DNA from: Zootoca vivipara | Lineage: Eukaryota | NCBI RefSeq assembly: GCF_963506605.1 | Contig: NC_083282.1 | Span: forward strand, 45,136,001-45,200,000 | Length of the DNA stretch: 64,000 bases | Reading direction: 5' to 3' | Part shown: positions 60,421 through 64,000 of the stretch, one piece after another | Layout: the number at the start of each line of letters is the position of its first letter | How positions within the stretch are numbered: the first letter of the stretch is position 1 | Translations under genes and position numbers: made by a program | The notes under the pieces: generated by a model | What the model was told of the DNA's origin: nothing | The model's input: only the letters and a program-made list of their open reading frames with translations | Database searches by the model: none

Positions 60421-61230
60421 GTCCTGCTCTCTGGGGTCCTTCCTCTAAGGGTGGCGCGTAGGCCTAGCTGTCTTTGCAAGTGCCTTTCGCCGGATCCAAA
60501 CCCACTCATTCTTCCCAGGCCCACAATCTCCTTAGCTCACCCAGCTGTTCACCAGCCCATCTTTGCATGGCGAAAATGTGTGCTTGTACTCTGAAAATGC
60601 TTTATGGGCTTGGGTAGGGTAGGGTGTGTTTTACTGCACCAAAGTAAAATTCGCATTCATTGCTCTCTGCCCACGATTTGTATGTGCGTCCGGAAGGCAG
60701 AAGGATAGCAATACAGTACTAGGGGCTGGAATCCTAACCCTACGTATCAGGGAGTGAGGCTTATTGAATTATGCAGGACTTACTTCTGAGTAGACATAGT
60801 TGCAGTGTGCTGTAAACTACCCCCTTGTTGTTCCCTACTGTATTCATTCTCACTCACTCGCTTTTGACGTCACAGTCTCACTTCTAACTTGCAACATCCG
60901 CGGTGCGCTACATTGCAGGGATGTTGTGAATGGTTGTTGAAACTGCGCATTTTCTACATGAAATGTTAGGAACAGCACGGGCTGATTTTTTACTGCCCAA
61001 TCACAGTTAACGCTAAAATCCTAGCTTTTCTGCATTGCCCCTATTTCACTTCAACCCTGGGCGAAAAAGAAACTAGGAAGTTGGTCGTTATGACTCAGTT
61101 TTTGTTCCGTCTTTGACGCCGATTGGTTTGATGCTGTCGGCCCTTTTCTTTGCGAGCCTTCCGCTTGCCGGGCTGAGGTTGTGCTTCGGTTTGATTGGCT
61201 CCACGCTAGTCGGAAGGAGGTTCTGAGTCG
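60400..61230. promoter_or_regulatory. Bidirectional TOE1/MUTYH promoter
   Basis: CpG enrichment at both ends; ETS CGGAAG/CTTCCG at ~60411, 60690, 61138, 61211; CCAAT boxes at ~60997, 61122, 61194; CRE TGACGTCA 60865-60872; head-to-head arrangement known from mammals. Confidence 0.7.
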
Positions 61231-61263
61231 GACGCGCGGAAAGAAATCAACAAAGAGACGAAG
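61200..61263 (+). other. MUTYH: Probable MUTYH non-coding exon 1 (5' limit approximate)
   Basis: CpG-rich segment downstream of CCAAT boxes, ending AAG|GTAGGG. Confidence 0.5.
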
Positions 61264-61937
61264 GTAGGGATGTTACTTGAGTCGTGACCTGTCTCTCTAA
61301 TAACGCCGTTGTGCGTGTGAAAGTGCATAGAACACTCCCTATTGTGCATATTCCTTCGGGCATGTGATATGAGGAGCCGAGCTTTTGGTTTTACTGCCCA
61401 CGCAGCGGATGAGGTTACAGAAACTTGAGGTGGTAGAATGGACCATACCAGTTCAGGCTACGGATGACGGTTCTGCAATTATCCCCTATTAGGGAGCTCA
61501 GCTGGGAGCTTCCAGCAAGTAGAAAACTAGCACAACAAGGGAGTGACCCGTGTAGAACTTTTCTCTCTGATATGTTAAATTTTGTACTTTAAAAGAGTTT
61601 TGCATAGGAGATGTTTTTTAAAAAAAATCCTAGTGATGCAATCTATTCCAGGAACTCAGGATTCATTATCTGTCTTCTCTTGTATATGTAGACTACCGGT
61701 ACATCTATTAAGGAGTAATAAAGGCAGGCCTCTTATATCACTCTTCAGTTCCCCCATAGTTCTGTACTGTATATCCATATTGTCAGCATTTATATTCATA
61801 GTTCTTATTCACATCTTGCCACCTTGGTGGAATACAGGGTATTGTATATAGAGTGTTGCACATATTGCTAATTTTGGATCTGGAGATGGTGAAAAGAAAT
61901 ATAATTTGACAGTGGTACATTTTTTTCTAGGCTGGCA

Positions 61938-62046
61938 ATGAGCAAACTCCAGTTGGCAACACGCAGCAAGCTAGGAATACAAAGGAACACTGGGAAACAA
62001 CAGAAATCGCTGAAGAAATGTGAAGGAAATACCACACTATACAAAG
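61938..62046 (+). CDS. MUTYH: MUTYH first coding exon (nuclear-type start)
   Basis: Acceptor ttttctag| with exon start at 61931, GCAATG start, basic MSKLQLATRSKLGIQRNTGKQQKSLKK..; phase-1 donor matches next exon. Confidence 0.75.
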
Positions 62047-63150
62047 GTGCTTGGGTTACAAAAAGATATTTTCATCAGCGTAGGATGAAAGAAAATTGAA
62101 AGGAATTGTTTGAACCTGTTTTCAGGATCAGTTACTTTGTGGTAACAGCTATTGAACTCCCCTCAACTTTTTAGCTGGCTATGCATTCAAAGACTGAATC
62201 AGAAGCTAAAGTTACAAATATCTCAGATTTAATGCATCACTGATTCCTCAAACTGTCTTTGGGATAGATGGGGTATTCCTTATGAAGGAATTAGAAAATG
62301 TCTAGAGATGCTTGGCCAACAACACATAATCTGAAAACTTGTACCTTCCTTGCCTTCATTCTTGTAGCATTCTTCGACCCAAATTTATTTGGTGACCTTT
62401 TTTTAAAGTTTTAATTGAAACTTGTGGAGTCAGAAAGTATTCTGTTTTAGGATAGTGTGACATAAGCAGACACAGTGCTTGTTGTCTAGTTTGCCGTCAT
62501 AGGAGCTCATCTTCCTACTTTGAATTTGTGTGATACAGGGAAGTGGAACTTCCAGGCTGGGGTCCAAATATGATCCTCCAAGAATCTCTGTCTAGCCCAT
62601 AGGACCCTCCCCAGGCCACACAACCTTCTGAGCCCCGCTGCTCATCAACCCTGCTTTGCATCCTTCTTAAGTGTTTTTGCTGGCTAGAATGTGTCCTGAA
62701 AAGGCTTCTTGCTTGAGTTAGATGGAACATAGAGAAGAATGCTTGAGTGTGTAAAAAAAGTAGCCTACTGCACAAAAGCAAAAATCCACATTTATTGCTC
62801 TCTGCCCACATTTGGCTCTAGCCCTGCCCACCATTGGCATGTGGCCCCAAGAAGGTTGCCTAGAAGGGAATGCGGCCCTTGGGTTGAAAAAGGTTTCCCC
62901 AGCCCTGGAAGAATGACGTGGACAAAGGAGATAACTGCTGAGGACTTCTATTTCTGAGGTTAACATAAAGAGCAGATCTTTGGGAAATATTTGTAGAGGG
63001 GTATGCCAGTAGGACTGCTGTTCTTCAACTGTCTATCAAACACGTATTCCCCTCTGGCCCAGCGCAGGTTTATCCACTGGCATGTATTTTTTTACAACTT
63101 GATAGAAATTCCCACTCCAAAAATTTATAACTGGCCTCTCTTTGTTGCAG

Positions 63151-63272
63151 GAGTGCCCAGCCAACAGTCTTCATTCCACACCTTCAGCAATGTAGCTGAA
63201 ATCAAAGAGTTTCGGAAGAGGCTGCTCACTTGGTACAACAAATGCAAACGAGATCTTCCTTGGAGGAAATTG
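63151..63272 (+). CDS. MUTYH: MUTYH coding exon (122 bp)
   Basis: ttgcag|(G)VPSQQSSFHTFSNVAEIKEFRKRLLTWYNKCKRDLPWRKL|gtatgg; MutY RDLPWR motif. Confidence 0.95.
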
Positions 63273-63382
63273 GTATGGCATATTGAGCTGGGCTTCTAGG
63301 ATGCTCAGAAATATCTCAGAAGAGAGAGACAATTGTTTTGCTGTGTCCTGTTCCCTGAAGTCCCCTGTTCACTCTTTTACAG

Positions 63383-63422
63383 GCTGCAAGTGAAGATGAT
63401 GCTGACAGACGAGCATATGCTG
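63383..63422 (+). CDS. MUTYH: MUTYH coding exon (40 bp)
   Basis: ttacag|AASEDDADRRAYA|gtgaga. Confidence 0.94.
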
Positions 63423-63864
63423 GTGAGAGCAAGAACCCTCAGGAATTCTGCTGGGGATTCCGGACATCTACCTGCATTCAGGGGTGCTCTAGAGATAAAT
63501 GCCACTGTCCTAGTGGCAGCTGCAATGTGGTGGTATCAATTTTACTGCTGAGAAAAATACTTCGAATTGTGGCACCTTATTCCAAAAAAGGACATTGGTG
63601 TTCGGCTTTGCTAGAGATCCCCTAGTCAGATCATGGCACTTGACTTTTGGCAGCAGTATAATATTTAAGGGGCAAGATAGACCCGCATGCAGAACTAGTT
63701 ATCTCCAACTAAACAGTCCCCCTGGGATACAAAAAGGTTGCTTAACCTCTTACAGTTGCCTTTAAAGTATATTGAGCAGCACATCCTCTCCCACGTGCCA
63801 TGCAGAACAAGGAAGGTACAGTATCAGAATCCCTGATGCACCTGCTTTCTCTTTGTGCCTGCAG

Positions 63865-63938
63865 TGTGGGTATCGGAGATAATGCTCCAGCAGACCCAGG
63901 TGGTTTCAGTGATCAACTACTACAATCGCTGGATGCAG
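63865..63938 (+). CDS. MUTYH: MUTYH coding exon (74 bp); gene continues beyond window
   Basis: ctgcag|(V)[24 protein letters not shown]|gtgatg; catalytic Glu motif SEIMLQQT. Confidence 0.96.
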
Positions 63939-64000
63939 GTGATGCTGAGATCCTTTTATCTCTGTGGCATGCTCTGTTGTGCATTAGCTCCTGAATTCTG

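Overview
Vertebrate nuclear DNA, almost certainly from a squamate (lizard-like): it carries a Sauria-type SINE, BovB/RTE, CR1, L2 and reptile-style MITEs. The window is the conserved TESK2-TOE1-MUTYH block. TESK2 (+ strand) has 10 coding exons from <1 to 47403, with its 5' end upstream of the window. TOE1 (- strand) is complete, with 7 coding exons (59686 to 53902, 539 aa) and a probable non-coding first exon. MUTYH (+ strand) has its first 4 coding exons here and runs off the window, head-to-head with TOE1 across a shared promoter of about 0.8 kb. All exons were placed by hand using GT-AG boundaries, and their phases are consistent. The TESK2 introns are full of transposable elements, and there is one 150-N assembly gap. 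I found no prokaryote-style system such as CRISPR or a defence operon. The most unusual items are: (1) a TA-flanked Tc2/pogo-like MITE carrying 9.5 tandem copies of a ~143-bp CpG-rich unit built from two back-to-back palindromes; (2) an L1 insertion flanked by a 211-bp direct repeat that begins at TT/AAAA; (3) three fold-back Penelope-type inserts, one with a near-intact minimal hammerhead ribozyme, plus a sense-strand hammerhead with a mutated core; (4) a full-length BovB with a single visible lesion, whose 3' end has an antisense partner bracketing four TESK2 exons; (5) a 4-codon uORF in TOE1 exon 1. Repeat family names come from recalled motifs, not database searches.
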